From IMG/VR virus record IMGVR_UViG_3300032931_001151, positions 62,001 through 126,000 of that record: a stretch of DNA of 64,000 bases. One strand, 5' to 3'. The notes below the pieces were generated by a model that worked only from the letters and a program-made list of their open reading frames with translations, was not told where the DNA came from and ran no database searches. A program made the position numbers and the translations under genes. Of the stretch, positions 8,809-19,700 are shown piece by piece (positions within the stretch are counted from its first letter, which is position 1; every line of letters begins with the position of its first letter).

Positions 8809-9939
8809 ATGAAAAGCGAACAAGTTAATTTATTTAAGAATATTCTTGAAATTAGTAGCGACTTACCTATATATCTATATGGTAAGTCGCTATTGTTTCT
8901 ATTTTTAAATAGAGAACCCAATTCTATTGACTTGTTCATAAAAAGCAAACACGTTTCAGAAGAAGTAATATTTAAATTAAAAAGTTTGAGTGATAAGATT
9001 AATGTATCTTTTGGAAAAGAACTAGTTTTTGATTCCGAAATATTCACAATTAATTGTATTTCTTGTGAATTGAGAAATGTTCTTGAAAAAATCGGAAGCA
9101 TTGAAGGTAAACACCTAACATTAAACGACCTTCAAAAAAGAATTATTAGATTTATTGATAAAGATGGATCATCTAAAAATCCTAAACATATTATGGAAGC
9201 CATACTATTTTCGGGAGAAATAGACTTTAATCTTGAAATAGATACAATGAAACATATCTTTGTTAATAAATCAATAGTTAAACAACTCGTGAAAAGAGAT
9301 ATATTTCACTTAATAAAAAACATATATTTTAAGAGTGAGAAACCAAGAAAAACAATATCATTACTTAATACTCTTGGTATATCATTTGAATTATTTGATA
9401 CTATATTAGTGGAATCGGCAGTTCTTAATAATCTTGGAAAGAAAGATGTTAATGAATTTTTCGCATTAATATTTAATAATATTGATGAAGAACAACAAGA
9501 AAAATTCTTTATTGAAAAGGTAGGATTTCATTTAAGGGATGTTGATAAGGTATTACAAGTAACTAAAATATTAAATAGTGTTAATTCCCAAGATCCTACC
9601 CCGTTAAATGCTCGAAAGATGCTAAAAGTATATGGTAAGGATAGGGCTATGAGTCTTTATAGATTATTTAAAGCTATAGGATTAATAGAGTTATCTCAAC
9701 TTATCAAGTCAGAAAAGAATTCCCCAATAGAAATTGGTGATTTGTGCATAGATAAAGATTATATTAGTAAAGCATTTGGTGTAAATGAAGATGTGGCCAA
9801 AAAACTACTTGATTTGGCAATTGATATCGTTATAATTCAACCTGAGTTAAACGAGCCGATAAAACTTTTAAATGCTATTAATAAAAACCCACTAAAAAGG
9901 AACTTTCTATGCCAAGAGGAAGAAAAAAGAATTCTTTAA
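8809..9939 (+). CDS. CCA-adding enzyme / poly(A) polymerase homologue with degenerate catalytic motifs
   Basis: IYLYGKSLLFLFLNREPNSIDL, FTINCI, LNDLQKRIIRF, NPKHIMEAILF, IGDLCIDKDYI..FGV align in order with class II CCA motifs. Confidence 0.75.
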   Translation: MKSEQVNLFKNILEISSDLPIYLYGKSLLFLFLNREPNSIDLFIKSKHVSEEVIFKLKSLSDKINVSFGKELVFDSEIFTINCISCELRNVLEKIGSIEGKHLTLNDLQKRIIRFIDKDGSSKNPKHIMEAILFSGEIDFNLEIDTMKHIFVNKSIVKQLVKRDIFHLIKNIYFKSEKPRKTISLLNTLGISFELFDTILVESAVLNNLGKKDVNEFFALIFNNIDEEQQEKFFIEKVGFHLRDVDKVLQVTKILNSVNSQDPTPLNARKMLKVYGKDRAMSLYRLFKAIGLIELSQLIKSEKNSPIEIGDLCIDKDYISKAFGVNEDVAKKLLDLAIDIVIIQPELNEPIKLLNAINKNPLKRNFLCQEEEKRIL

Positions 9940-10496
9940 AAAAGAAAAACTCTTCTAAAAATGTTTCTAAAGAAGTACAAGATATATTCTTTAATACAGA
10001 CATTAAAGACGAAGAAGAAATTGTTGATACTACAACGGAAGAGACAATAGAATCTCCGGAAGAGATCCTATCAACGCTAGATGAAGATAAAGAGGTTGAA
10101 GTACCCGAAACCGTGCCTATTCCAGATGGTAGCATTAACGATACCGAACAATTTACGGTAGTTGCTTCATATTCCGATGACGGCGAAGAAGTTAAAACTG
10201 TACAATGTATAAGAAAAAATCAACCACCACCCGAATCTACTTGGGCCGATAAAAAATGTAAGTTTAAGTGTGGACAAAAAATAATGCCTAGAGTAATAAA
10301 GAAAAAAGACATCCCAAATTATGAATGTGCCGTCGTTATTAGCCCCGGAACGTATCCCGACACATATATAATTAAAATATCTAGATCGTTAAATGAAACA
10401 CAAGTTATAGGAAATAATTGGGAAGAGGCAAGTGATAAATGTAAGCCATACGTTAGTTTTTGGGAAGCTAATTCACCACCAAAAAGGATTTTATGA
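9909..10496 (+). CDS. hypothetical protein (basic N-terminus, acidic middle)
   Basis: AAGGA RBS, open frame. Confidence 0.7.
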   Translation: MPRGRKKNSLKKKNSSKNVSKEVQDIFFNTDIKDEEEIVDTTTEETIESPEEILSTLDEDKEVEVPETVPIPDGSINDTEQFTVVASYSDDGEEVKTVQCIRKNQPPPESTWADKKCKFKCGQKIMPRVIKKKDIPNYECAVVISPGTYPDTYIIKISRSLNETQVIGNNWEEASDKCKPYVSFWEANSPPKRIL

Positions 10497-10978
10497 TTGA
10501 TACTTCCAATCCCATAGTATTAGTAGGAGTTGGAGCGCCAGGTAGTGGAAAATCTACTTGGTGGAGTGAAGGATTGAAAAATGGACTAATTCCAAGACAA
10601 TCTACTAGAATAAATATGGATGAAATTAGATTACATTTAACGGGAAGCGAATCCGACCAAAGTCAAAATAATACTGTTGCTAAATTGGCCGAAGAACAAT
10701 TAAAATCTAATTTGTCAAACAAAACTCCGGTAATCTTTTGGGATAACACCTCGGCTAAACGGAAATATAGAAAATCTATAATTGACTTGGCTAAAATGTC
10801 TAATTATAAGATAATCGCAATATATTGGGATATACCACTACAAACTTGTTTGGAACGCAACAAAAGTAGGGCACGGATGGTCCCCGAAGATGTTATTCTT
10901 AAAATGTATAATAGCATTAAAGAGATTCCTCCTACTAAAAATGAAGGTTTTGATGATATAATAGTTATCAACAATTGA
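10493..10978 (+). CDS. polynucleotide-kinase-like P-loop kinase (AAA_33)
   Basis: GAPGSGKST, DEIR, WDNT...KYRK, CLERN..R.R.VP..VI..M, EGFD. Confidence 0.88.
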   Translation: MIDTSNPIVLVGVGAPGSGKSTWWSEGLKNGLIPRQSTRINMDEIRLHLTGSESDQSQNNTVAKLAEEQLKSNLSNKTPVIFWDNTSAKRKYRKSIIDLAKMSNYKIIAIYWDIPLQTCLERNKSRARMVPEDVILKMYNSIKEIPPTKNEGFDDIIVINN

Positions 10979-10987
10979 AAGGGCTTT

Positions 10988-11500
10988 ATGGCAAACTTTG
11001 AAAATAAAGATACACCAAGCAAACTTGATACTGGATGGAAAGAAGGCGCTTATATTAAATCTATAATTGATATTGATAGCGGGGATCCATCATACGAAGA
11101 TAAAGATTGTACTACTTTATCATTTGCTTGGTTTAGAGTTGAATCAAATATGCAACCTTCTCAAAAAGAAGAAATAGAGAAACAAGAAGCAATGAAAAAG
11201 CAATACGACTTAAAAGTCATTAATAAGTATGGAATGCCATATGGCATGCCTATGCCAAAAGAAGTTAAAGATAAGATCCGTAAAATGGAAGAGGAACAAG
11301 CTCAAAAAAGTAATAAGTGGATGAAAAAGAGACAAAAACTTATAAACAAACAAATTGAAAAAGATATGAAGAAGAAGAAAATTGATGAGGAAAGACAAAA
11401 ATCAGCATTGCTAGTAGATAATAGCACGTCATCTAATACTAGTAACATAATTGACGCCAATAAACCAATATCACCAACATTGCTAACATTTTTGAAGTGA
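10988..11500 (+). CDS. hypothetical protein
   Basis: AAGGG RBS, charged helical protein. Confidence 0.7.
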   Translation: MANFENKDTPSKLDTGWKEGAYIKSIIDIDSGDPSYEDKDCTTLSFAWFRVESNMQPSQKEEIEKQEAMKKQYDLKVINKYGMPYGMPMPKEVKDKIRKMEEEQAQKSNKWMKKRQKLINKQIEKDMKKKKIDEERQKSALLVDNSTSSNTSNIIDANKPISPTLLTFLK

Positions 11501-11504
11501 TATT

Positions 11505-12152
11505 ATGAAATATATATTTTTATTTGGCCATAGACAACAACACGGAAAAGATACTTGTTGCAATATTCTTGAAAATATATTAAAGAAGAAGAAAATATCA
11601 CATGCACGTACATATTTTGCAAAATTACTTAAGAAACAAGTATCGGAAAGATATAATCTAAATTTTGAAAAAATGGAAAATAATGATTATAAGTTGTGGT
11701 GCCCACCACATATAAAAAAGAAAATTGTTAGAACTACTGAAGGTCTAACACACGAAGTTATGAGAACCGTTAGAGATATACTAATAGAAGAGGGATGCAA
11801 AGGTAGAGAAATTTGGGAAAATACTTGGGCAAATGCGGCATATATGGAGTTATTTAGAGCCAATCCGGAAATAGGAATAATAAGCGACTATAGATATCCC
11901 TCTGAGTATATTACATTTTCTGCATCATTTGAAACATTTGAGAAAGAATACGAGAAGATTGAAAGACCTATACCTATTAGAGTATTGGTCCATAGACCTA
12001 ACGGAGTATTCAAAACCGACGGGGCTGACGGGGAGTTGCCCGACATAGACCCAATTGCCTGGGATTATGTTATATTAAATGATAAAAGCGTTGGATGGGA
12101 AGAGCATTTGGAGAATCAATTAGAAGACATACTTAAAAAATTAGGAGTTTAA
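11505..12152 (+). CDS. deoxynucleoside monophosphate kinase (T4 gp1-like)
   Basis: GHRQQHGKDT, FAKLLK, RDIL, ISDYRYPSE, DYVILND. Confidence 0.85.
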   Translation: MKYIFLFGHRQQHGKDTCCNILENILKKKKISHARTYFAKLLKKQVSERYNLNFEKMENNDYKLWCPPHIKKKIVRTTEGLTHEVMRTVRDILIEEGCKGREIWENTWANAAYMELFRANPEIGIISDYRYPSEYITFSASFETFEKEYEKIERPIPIRVLVHRPNGVFKTDGADGELPDIDPIAWDYVILNDKSVGWEEHLENQLEDILKKLGV

Positions 12153-12153
12153 A

Positions 12154-12441
12154 ATGGCCTTTAGATTTATAAAACTTAATAGAGCGAAGTGTTTGACTTG
12201 CGGCGATACTTTAATTTCAAAATCGGAAAGTGCAAGCACTCCGATTACTTGTAGTTGTGGAGGTTTAACCATTTCAGGTGGAGCAACCCATTCAATTAGA
12301 ACTGGTAAAAATTACAAAGATATGTGTATATTAGACTTTTCGGATTGCCCAGAAGTATCAATCGATACTCCAATCCCGCCTCCGGGAAGTGAAATAACTC
12401 CCGAAGAACTTGATGAAAGAAAGAGATACATCAAACAATAA
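12154..12441 (+). CDS. zinc-finger protein (CxxC...CxCG..ISGG)
   Basis: NRAKCLTCGDTLIS...TCSCGGLTISGG, a common phage small-protein pattern. Confidence 0.75.
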   Translation: MAFRFIKLNRAKCLTCGDTLISKSESASTPITCSCGGLTISGGATHSIRTGKNYKDMCILDFSDCPEVSIDTPIPPPGSEITPEELDERKRYIKQ

Positions 12442-12452
12442 AGGATCAACGT

Positions 12453-13067
12453 ATGTCATTCCAAGTAAAAACCCCGGAACAAGAAGTTAAAATTCCAGAA
12501 TATTGGAATGTTATATTTTTAAATGGTGAAATAAACGAAGGAACCGCTATTGATATATCTCAACGGTTGCTTTCAATTGATTTAATAAATCAAAATCTTG
12601 ATAAGCCTGAGCCAGTTAACTTAGTAATTAATAGTGGTGGCGGATCTTTAAATGCGGCTTGGCAAATTTGTGATATGATGGATTTTATAGATACTCCGGT
12701 CTATACAGTTGGTCTTGGAGTAATAGCTAGTGCGGCTCTTGTTATTTTTATGAACGGCAATAAAGGACATAGAATACTATCAAGTCGTTGCTCTTTAATG
12801 TCCCATCAATATTCATGGGGAGCGGTCGGAAATCACTCCGATTTATTAGCAGTTAGAAAAGAGCAAGATGTTACCATGGCAAAAATTCTAAAGCACTATA
12901 AAGAAACGACTAAACTATCGGAAAAAGTTATTACTGCCAATTTATTAAAAGAACACGATGTATGGTTAACACCCGAAGAAGCTATTAAATTTCACATAGC
13001 GGATAAAATCGTAACCACTAAAAAGAAAAAGAAAATAAATGGAAGAACGTCTAAAATCTCCAAGTGA
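12453..13067 (+). CDS. clpP: ClpP protease subunit
   Basis: INSGGG, GVIASAA (catalytic Ser), MSHQ (His), HDVWLTPEEAIKFHIAD (Asp). Confidence 0.92.
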   Translation: MSFQVKTPEQEVKIPEYWNVIFLNGEINEGTAIDISQRLLSIDLINQNLDKPEPVNLVINSGGGSLNAAWQICDMMDFIDTPVYTVGLGVIASAALVIFMNGNKGHRILSSRCSLMSHQYSWGAVGNHSDLLAVRKEQDVTMAKILKHYKETTKLSEKVITANLLKEHDVWLTPEEAIKFHIADKIVTTKKKKKINGRTSKISK

Positions 13068-13821
13068 GCTAATAGTACCAAACTTATCCAAATTAATACT
13101 TGATAATGATGAATTATCAAGTATTAATAAGTTTGAATCGGTTAATGTATCATTAGTTGCTCAAAATGGACTTGATATAGTTGAATCTATTAGAAATACA
13201 AATTTAATAACCGAAGAAGATGCGAAAAACATTAAGAATGCTCACGATTTCTTATTATCATCTTATACGGACGTTATTATCTATAACACAAGAATAGCAA
13301 AAGTAACTTCTATATTGTCTGATGGAAAATTCCCAACTAACGATTCTAAATTCTGGCAATGTAAAATGCAAGCGGAAGTTCATTTTAACGAATTTATACG
13401 AGCACTATATAAGTTAGATAGAGTAAAAATTGATATTGAAGAAATACAATATCAAATATTATGTCTTGATAATATGCTTAACAATGAAAATTCGGAAACT
13501 TCACAAATGGATAAAATAAAATTATCATTTGATAAGAGGCGGTTGGTTAATAAATTAAATCAATATATTCATGAAATGAAGTTACTTGAAAAAGATATTA
13601 AACAAAGACTCCGTGAAATAAACGATTGGTCAGAAATAGCGGAAGGATTTAAGAGTGCATGTGTGCATAGTACTTCCAATTATGAAGAACATACTATTAA
13701 TAGTCACATATTAGCATTACAAAATTATGTAAATAACGCTAAAACTCCCGAAGAAAAGAAGAACTTTGTTGACCAACTTAATACATTCTTAAGATTACTA
13801 GGAAAGCCGCCGATTAAATAA
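13039..13821 (+). CDS. conserved phage coiled-coil protein (FPT.DSKFWQC motif)
   Basis: SILSDGKFPTNDSKFWQC ... RLREINDWS; function unknown. Confidence 0.7.
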   Translation: MEERLKSPSELIVPNLSKLILDNDELSSINKFESVNVSLVAQNGLDIVESIRNTNLITEEDAKNIKNAHDFLLSSYTDVIIYNTRIAKVTSILSDGKFPTNDSKFWQCKMQAEVHFNEFIRALYKLDRVKIDIEEIQYQILCLDNMLNNENSETSQMDKIKLSFDKRRLVNKLNQYIHEMKLLEKDIKQRLREINDWSEIAEGFKSACVHSTSNYEEHTINSHILALQNYVNNAKTPEEKKNFVDQLNTFLRLLGKPPIK

Positions 13822-14536
13822 AAGACCCGTTCTCTAACGGTATAAATGGGTCACATGTAATTGGATACTCTATTGTTCCGGCGTTTCCAACCCAACTTAC
13901 AACTAATTGGCAACCATAATCTTGAACTAAAATTCCATTTCTTCCTATAAGAGATTTCATCAAGAAAACAACGTTGCTTTCCCCTGGAGTTCCGATAGTC
14001 CCATAATAAGTTCCTATTCCATACCCAGTGTTCTCAAATTGATATTTCCATGCTTGTAAGTATAGTGTACAATGACTATTAATAGTTTTATTATTTATTC
14101 CCCCATCATTCCAAATAAAATTTGAATCCAATCCACTAATAACAACCGTTCCATCGGTTGTTAAACTCTTAAATAGAGGTTTAGTTTTCATTGGTTCCGA
14201 ATAATCAACATTATATAAAATATTGTCACTTGGCCAATTTGAAGCATCACACGAAATAGCACTACATGGTCTAAAATCATACCATTTAGCATCTATTAAT
14301 ATATTAGAATCTACTGTATCAGCGGGATCCATTCTAATACAACTACCGGGTACTAGTGATGCTATTGATAGATAATATCCCGAAAAACAATTTTGATAGT
14401 ATTCATCGCTGTATGTTTTTTGAGAAAATGTCAAACTATTAGGAATTTTACCTAAATATACCATACCTTCATTTATACCCATATTATTGGCACTATATAT
14501 TTTATAAGGTAAATTTTGATTTATTAAAGTGGACAT
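13814..14536 (-). CDS. putative tail/fibre-associated structural protein
   Basis: In structural operon; C-terminal YYGTIGTPGESNVVFLMKSLIG shared with neighbour. Confidence 0.7.
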   Translation of the reverse strand: MSTLINQNLPYKIYSANNMGINEGMVYLGKIPNSLTFSQKTYSDEYYQNCFSGYYLSIASLVPGSCIRMDPADTVDSNILIDAKWYDFRPCSAISCDASNWPSDNILYNVDYSEPMKTKPLFKSLTTDGTVVISGLDSNFIWNDGGINNKTINSHCTLYLQAWKYQFENTGYGIGTYYGTIGTPGESNVVFLMKSLIGRNGILVQDYGCQLVVSWVGNAGTIEYPITCDPFIPLENGSFI

Positions 14537-14549
14537 ATTGTTTTCCTAA

Positions 14550-15110
14550 TTAACAACAAGAAGTTGGATCCGCTACAATGGTAATAGTTCCTTGATCTTG
14601 CATAATAGAAATACAAGATGATTGTCCAACTACTTCCTTAAATTTCCATACTACATTGGAATTTCCCGGAGTTCCTATAGACCCATAATAAAATCCATTT
14701 ATACTACACACATTTTGAACATCGTATGTAAAAGTAGATAACCCTAGATTACATCCGTTATCCTCGATAGTTATAGACGGGTCACTATTAAGATTTCGCA
14801 AGACTAATCCTGTGTTGTCACCAGACTTCAATAAAGAAGTGGATTTATATTGTGGGCATTGTTGAGGTTCAACTTTACGAGTCTCTATGTATACATATGG
14901 GTCTGTTGTAGTTGGCCTAGTTACCTTAACATTCCGAGTACCAACAACACTTGCAAATAAATAAGTAGTTTTACATGCTGATACTTGATGTGGGTAGTAA
15001 TCAGTAGTATTAATGTTATTCGCTTTTGCCGAAATACCTAAAAAAACATTAACTCCCTTGGAGGATTCATTTTTTACGGTATAGGTAGTGAACGGAATGG
15101 AATTGGCCAT
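14550..15110 (-). CDS. putative tail/fibre-associated structural protein, paralog of 13814-14536
   Basis: YYGSIGTPGNSNVVWKFKEVVG. Confidence 0.7.
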   Translation of the reverse strand: MANSIPFTTYTVKNESSKGVNVFLGISAKANNINTTDYYPHQVSACKTTYLFASVVGTRNVKVTRPTTTDPYVYIETRKVEPQQCPQYKSTSLLKSGDNTGLVLRNLNSDPSITIEDNGCNLGLSTFTYDVQNVCSINGFYYGSIGTPGNSNVVWKFKEVVGQSSCISIMQDQGTITIVADPTSCC

Positions 15111-15113
15111 AAA

Positions 15114-15521
15114 TTATACAACTCTCTTAATAACAACATATACGTTATCGGGAGAAAAAACTTTCATATATATGTAATTTTGGAAAGTTTGTATGGTATC
15201 AACCGTTATTTTGATGTAATTAGAGTCATATACTTCAACAATTACGCCCATTTGTAATGCTAAACTTAAATTAAAATTAGTAGGAATAGATACCGCATAT
15301 AACGCCTCTGTTGGTAGATACGTATAATTGGAAGTTTCAATTCCAACTACTATAGCGGGATCTAATACTAATTGACCCCCCGATATTACACCCATTAATT
15401 CTTTTAATTTAACACCAGGAACGAAATTGTCTCTAAATACCATATCACCGTCAAATGATTTGGTTATTATGACATTTGGATCATCTATTATAATACTAGT
15501 TGTTTTTTGTGGAGTAATCAT
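15114..15521 (-). CDS. putative fibre-associated structural protein
   Basis: DGDMVFRDNFVPGVKLKEL motif shared with the 411-aa and 3195-aa proteins. Confidence 0.7.
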   Translation of the reverse strand: MITPQKTTSIIIDDPNVIITKSFDGDMVFRDNFVPGVKLKELMGVISGGQLVLDPAIVVGIETSNYTYLPTEALYAVSIPTNFNLSLALQMGVIVEVYDSNYIKITVDTIQTFQNYIYMKVFSPDNVYVVIKRVV

Positions 15522-15525
15522 TTTA

Positions 15526-16761
15526 TTATCCTATTGTAGTAGCATTTAAATTAGTTATGGTCCAATCTATAGACCCAGTAAATGGAAGCTCTGATACTAT
15601 TGTAAATCCAACATTTGTTTTTGATGTCCACCAACAATTTATATTTTGATCACAACTTAAAGAAATTGCATAGTTACTTGATGTTAACGGATTTTCAAAA
15701 GTTACTTGAGCAGTCTTTTGTGCCTTAAATTGAATAGTTGCGTTTCTTTTGCCATATGTTGCTTGAGGACTTGAATCAAAAATCATAGCCTCCATAGTAG
15801 ATTGGGCCACATATTCCCCATCAACTTCCATTCCAAATATACGGCTCCAATGATCTGTTTGATATCCACTCACATGAAATTGAACTTTTATAACTCTTGA
15901 TCCCGTATCATATTGTCTTTTAACTACTTGTGACGATTCTACTGTATTACAAGAGGCATCCCCGGTAGTACAAGATATATCAACGCATCCACAAGACTCA
16001 CGCAATGTGCAATTTGCTGGTGTTTCTAACTTGCCTTGCCAAGATAATGTTACTGGATATGACACTTCACATGGATTACATTGTACAATCGCTACCCTTG
16101 ATAGTTCTATATTATTAGTATCATCCCAAAGTCTAAATACAATTGGCTCTGAGGAATTATAAGCAACAAATGCTAATTTAGCAATTATTTGTGAAATCTT
16201 ATATTCGTCTATTATAGGAGGAAGAACCATAGCCAATCCTGGAACGTCATACCATATCCATTCACCATTCAATTGATTAACGAATAAATCTCCAAAAATT
16301 ATTTCATCCGAATTACATCTTGAATACACATTAGATTGTATTTTATTAAAGAAAAATCTATCAATGCTCCATAGTCTTAAATTATCGCTCGTTGACTCGG
16401 GTTTTCTTGGTATGTTGGCACATGGACTATGATTGGTTTGAACATTGCCCATCCACCATAACGCACCCGTTAATAGGTTATTTTTCCAACTACTACTAGA
16501 ATCAACTATCTCACTCAACGTATACGGTCTACTTAACGTGCTATCATTAAATATTAACTCACCATTACTATTTGAATAAACCCCTTTTGTTCTAGTGTAT
16601 AGTTCTTTTAGAGTTATACCATTAGGTTTATCTAAAATATTGGTAACATAATCATCTTTGAATAGCAAATTACCACTAGTATCCATTGATAATGTTAACG
16701 CAGCAACATTATCCGATCTTGAGGATAAATTTACTCCGTATGTTCTATATGGTACATCCAT
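15526..16761 (-). CDS. tail-fibre-like protein, short paralog of the 3195-aa protein
   Basis: Shared N-terminal, middle and C-terminal motifs; C-terminal VTF..P....YAISL.......WW..K...GFTI......G.IDW domain. Confidence 0.75.
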   Translation of the reverse strand: MDVPYRTYGVNLSSRSDNVAALTLSMDTSGNLLFKDDYVTNILDKPNGITLKELYTRTKGVYSNSNGELIFNDSTLSRPYTLSEIVDSSSSWKNNLLTGALWWMGNVQTNHSPCANIPRKPESTSDNLRLWSIDRFFFNKIQSNVYSRCNSDEIIFGDLFVNQLNGEWIWYDVPGLAMVLPPIIDEYKISQIIAKLAFVAYNSSEPIVFRLWDDTNNIELSRVAIVQCNPCEVSYPVTLSWQGKLETPANCTLRESCGCVDISCTTGDASCNTVESSQVVKRQYDTGSRVIKVQFHVSGYQTDHWSRIFGMEVDGEYVAQSTMEAMIFDSSPQATYGKRNATIQFKAQKTAQVTFENPLTSSNYAISLSCDQNINCWWTSKTNVGFTIVSELPFTGSIDWTITNLNATTIG

Positions 16762-16772
16762 TTTTATTCCTT

Positions 16773-19700
16773 TTATAACTCGTAGAATTCGTCGTATGTT
16801 TGTTGTTCATCTAAATTGTCAATCTTATCACTTGGTATAGCATCTTCAAGATATATTGACCAATCTACATAACCAGAGAATTTCGCTTCCGCATTAATTG
16901 TAAATCCAGATGACGATTTATTTGACCACCAAACCTTTACGTTATCACTACACACCAAAGATATACTATATTTATCTTTATTTGGTAAGTAATCTGGTAT
17001 TGCATTTGTAAATTTCACCGCATAAGTAGTTATATTATTTTCAAACTTAGCACTACCTTGGCGCTCTACCGTGGTATTACTACCAACATCAAATATAGTA
17101 ACCCCAAGAGAACTTGTGGCACCCGCATTTTCACCACTTGAGAAGAATGGACTTAATGTTCTATACTTATAGTTATTATTAGAAGTATCCTCGGGTTGTA
17201 TTACTTTAGTATTCCATTTAAAAGTAACTCCAAATGTACTACTTTCCCACCAAGATTTACTCTTATGTAATTCACCATCGCCTGCTATAGCGTATCCACC
17301 TACTATAACCGAAGACTCAGTATTTCCTATAGCCGATTGGCCTATAAACCACTGATTTATTCTTTGGCAAGTAAATTCGGTATTTCCATCGAATAGATTT
17401 AATGCGGGAGCATCGCCACCCAAACCGACCCCATCTTGATACCTTCTCCATTGAGTAGGAACTATATCATTACTATTGATGCAATGTAATCCGATATACG
17501 TATTTGAATCCATATTACTATCAAGATTGTATTTGAAGAAATGCTTTTGCTCGGGATAACAAATGGAATCCTGTAAGCTTCTATATTCTTGAATAAAGCT
17601 CGTTGCCCATTCTACATATCCTTGATTGGTGTTTTGAAGTAATTGGATATTAAATGCAGAACATGGGTTAGTAGAGACATTACATGAATAACCATTAATT
17701 TGTTGTATTATAGGTCCACCAGAAACACTATTTAAGAATACGTTATTAACACTTGCTATCATATGATCCGAACAATCTATTCCATTTGACGAGTTTTCAT
17801 TTTCACTGTCTAGAATAGATTGTATTGCTTTTGCATTTCTATAATCGTCAAGGCAATAAATAAACTCATCGTAATTCACATAGACGGGTACATGAGAAGT
17901 TGAACCAGACAAATCATATGATGAGGTGGAAATAGAAGCAAAGTCATCAATAGCAACGGAAGCCGTCATTGATGCTAGTACAACGTGATCTCTATACTCA
18001 TTTACATGTAATCTTTGTCTTCTATAATTAGCCCAGACCTTTCCTTCCTCTAATGAGGTCCATAGAGTTACACCCCATCTTGGCTCTTTTCCAGTCGTTA
18101 GCCAAATATTAAACCCTTGTTCGCTATAAGGACCGGCGAAAGGGGATTCCATATATGGAGCAACCCATTCTTCGTGATTATGTTGCATCCATGGGGAGGC
18201 TGACGGACAATCGGTTACAAACGTTGAGTCACAAATGGAGCACGATATGCAATTTATATCAAATTGTGATACTAAATCAAGACCTTGAATAACATTTACA
18301 TTAGGACTAATTGATAGTGGTTCTAGTGGTAATGTGTATGCACCACTTATTTGAGTATTAAGAGAACTATCTATATATGTAGGTGAAGAATAATTAATTT
18401 TGTCTTTAGCCGACGAATTTATATTAACATTTGGAACGTTTTCTTGAATAATTTTTATATATAAATCGTAATATCTTTGCCCTTCTACCATATTAAGAGC
18501 CTCTTGTATTCCTTCACGGAAGCGAGTTCCTCTAATATCTTCAGTTAACAAATTATAATATTGAGATAGGCAAACTATACCATTTAAATTTGCTCCATCA
18601 ACTTCTTTCCAATTTGTTCTTGCTAGTGTGGTATTAAAGAATTCCGATTTCTTATCAGCACTAACTTTGATTATAGTATATAAATTCTTAAACTTATTTT
18701 GAGTGAAAGATACAAATTGCGAATCTATATATGGGTTTGTATTATTGATGTCCCCGATGGCTATCCAATAGTTTCCTTGACTATCAATCGCATCGGTATA
18801 ACCATTAGGTCCTAGTAATCCATCAAATCCCAATATATTCCAAGGCCATGCTTTATTTACTATAGCATCGTCGGGAGTTGTATCTAATGCCGAATTACTA
18901 AATTGCGAGTATTGACATGGGTTTCTTTGACCGCCATATAACAAACTTCCGCACATTGCAGTAGATTTGCCAAGTCCAAGACCACCTATTCCAAATGATT
19001 GTGGACCAGTTACATATGCACTTGAAACTATACCACCATCAACTTCCCCATTTGAATATCTATACGATCTAACTATTTCTGATCCCATGGAGTTATAATT
19101 CTGGTTGCACTCTGTCCATCCCAATATTGTGTAAGGAGCAACATATCCAGAAGGACTTGGTTGACCAAATGAGAAGAATCCTATAGAAGATAGAGGAATT
19201 GAAGATGCATTGACTAATCCGGAACTAATACACGGAATATTACCATTTATTATTTTAGAGGTGGAAACTAACAATTGACATACATTACTACTATATTGAT
19301 ATGAAGCGGAAGCGATATCAAATGATAAGCATTGCCCATTTACTCCTGGGTAATAACAACAAGCCGATGGGGCGGATGATACACTATGGCATATTGGAGT
19401 TAATGGCGGGAATCCGTCTATTATGCAATATCCACTACCAATTAAACTACTATTGGTAGTTGACATTCCGCTAATCGAACCTTGTAGTATTGAACTAATA
19501 GCAAAAGGCGAACTTTGTATAAAGAAGTTATCATTATTAAATGATAATCCAGTATTACCTATTGGAGCACTATAAATCCAAGTATCTTCATCAGATTCTA
19601 TAGTACAGAAATATCCTTTTCCATCTTGGATGTTATTTTTGTAATAACCTCCACTTAACATTTCACATATAGTTCCACGATTATAAGGATATAAATCAAT

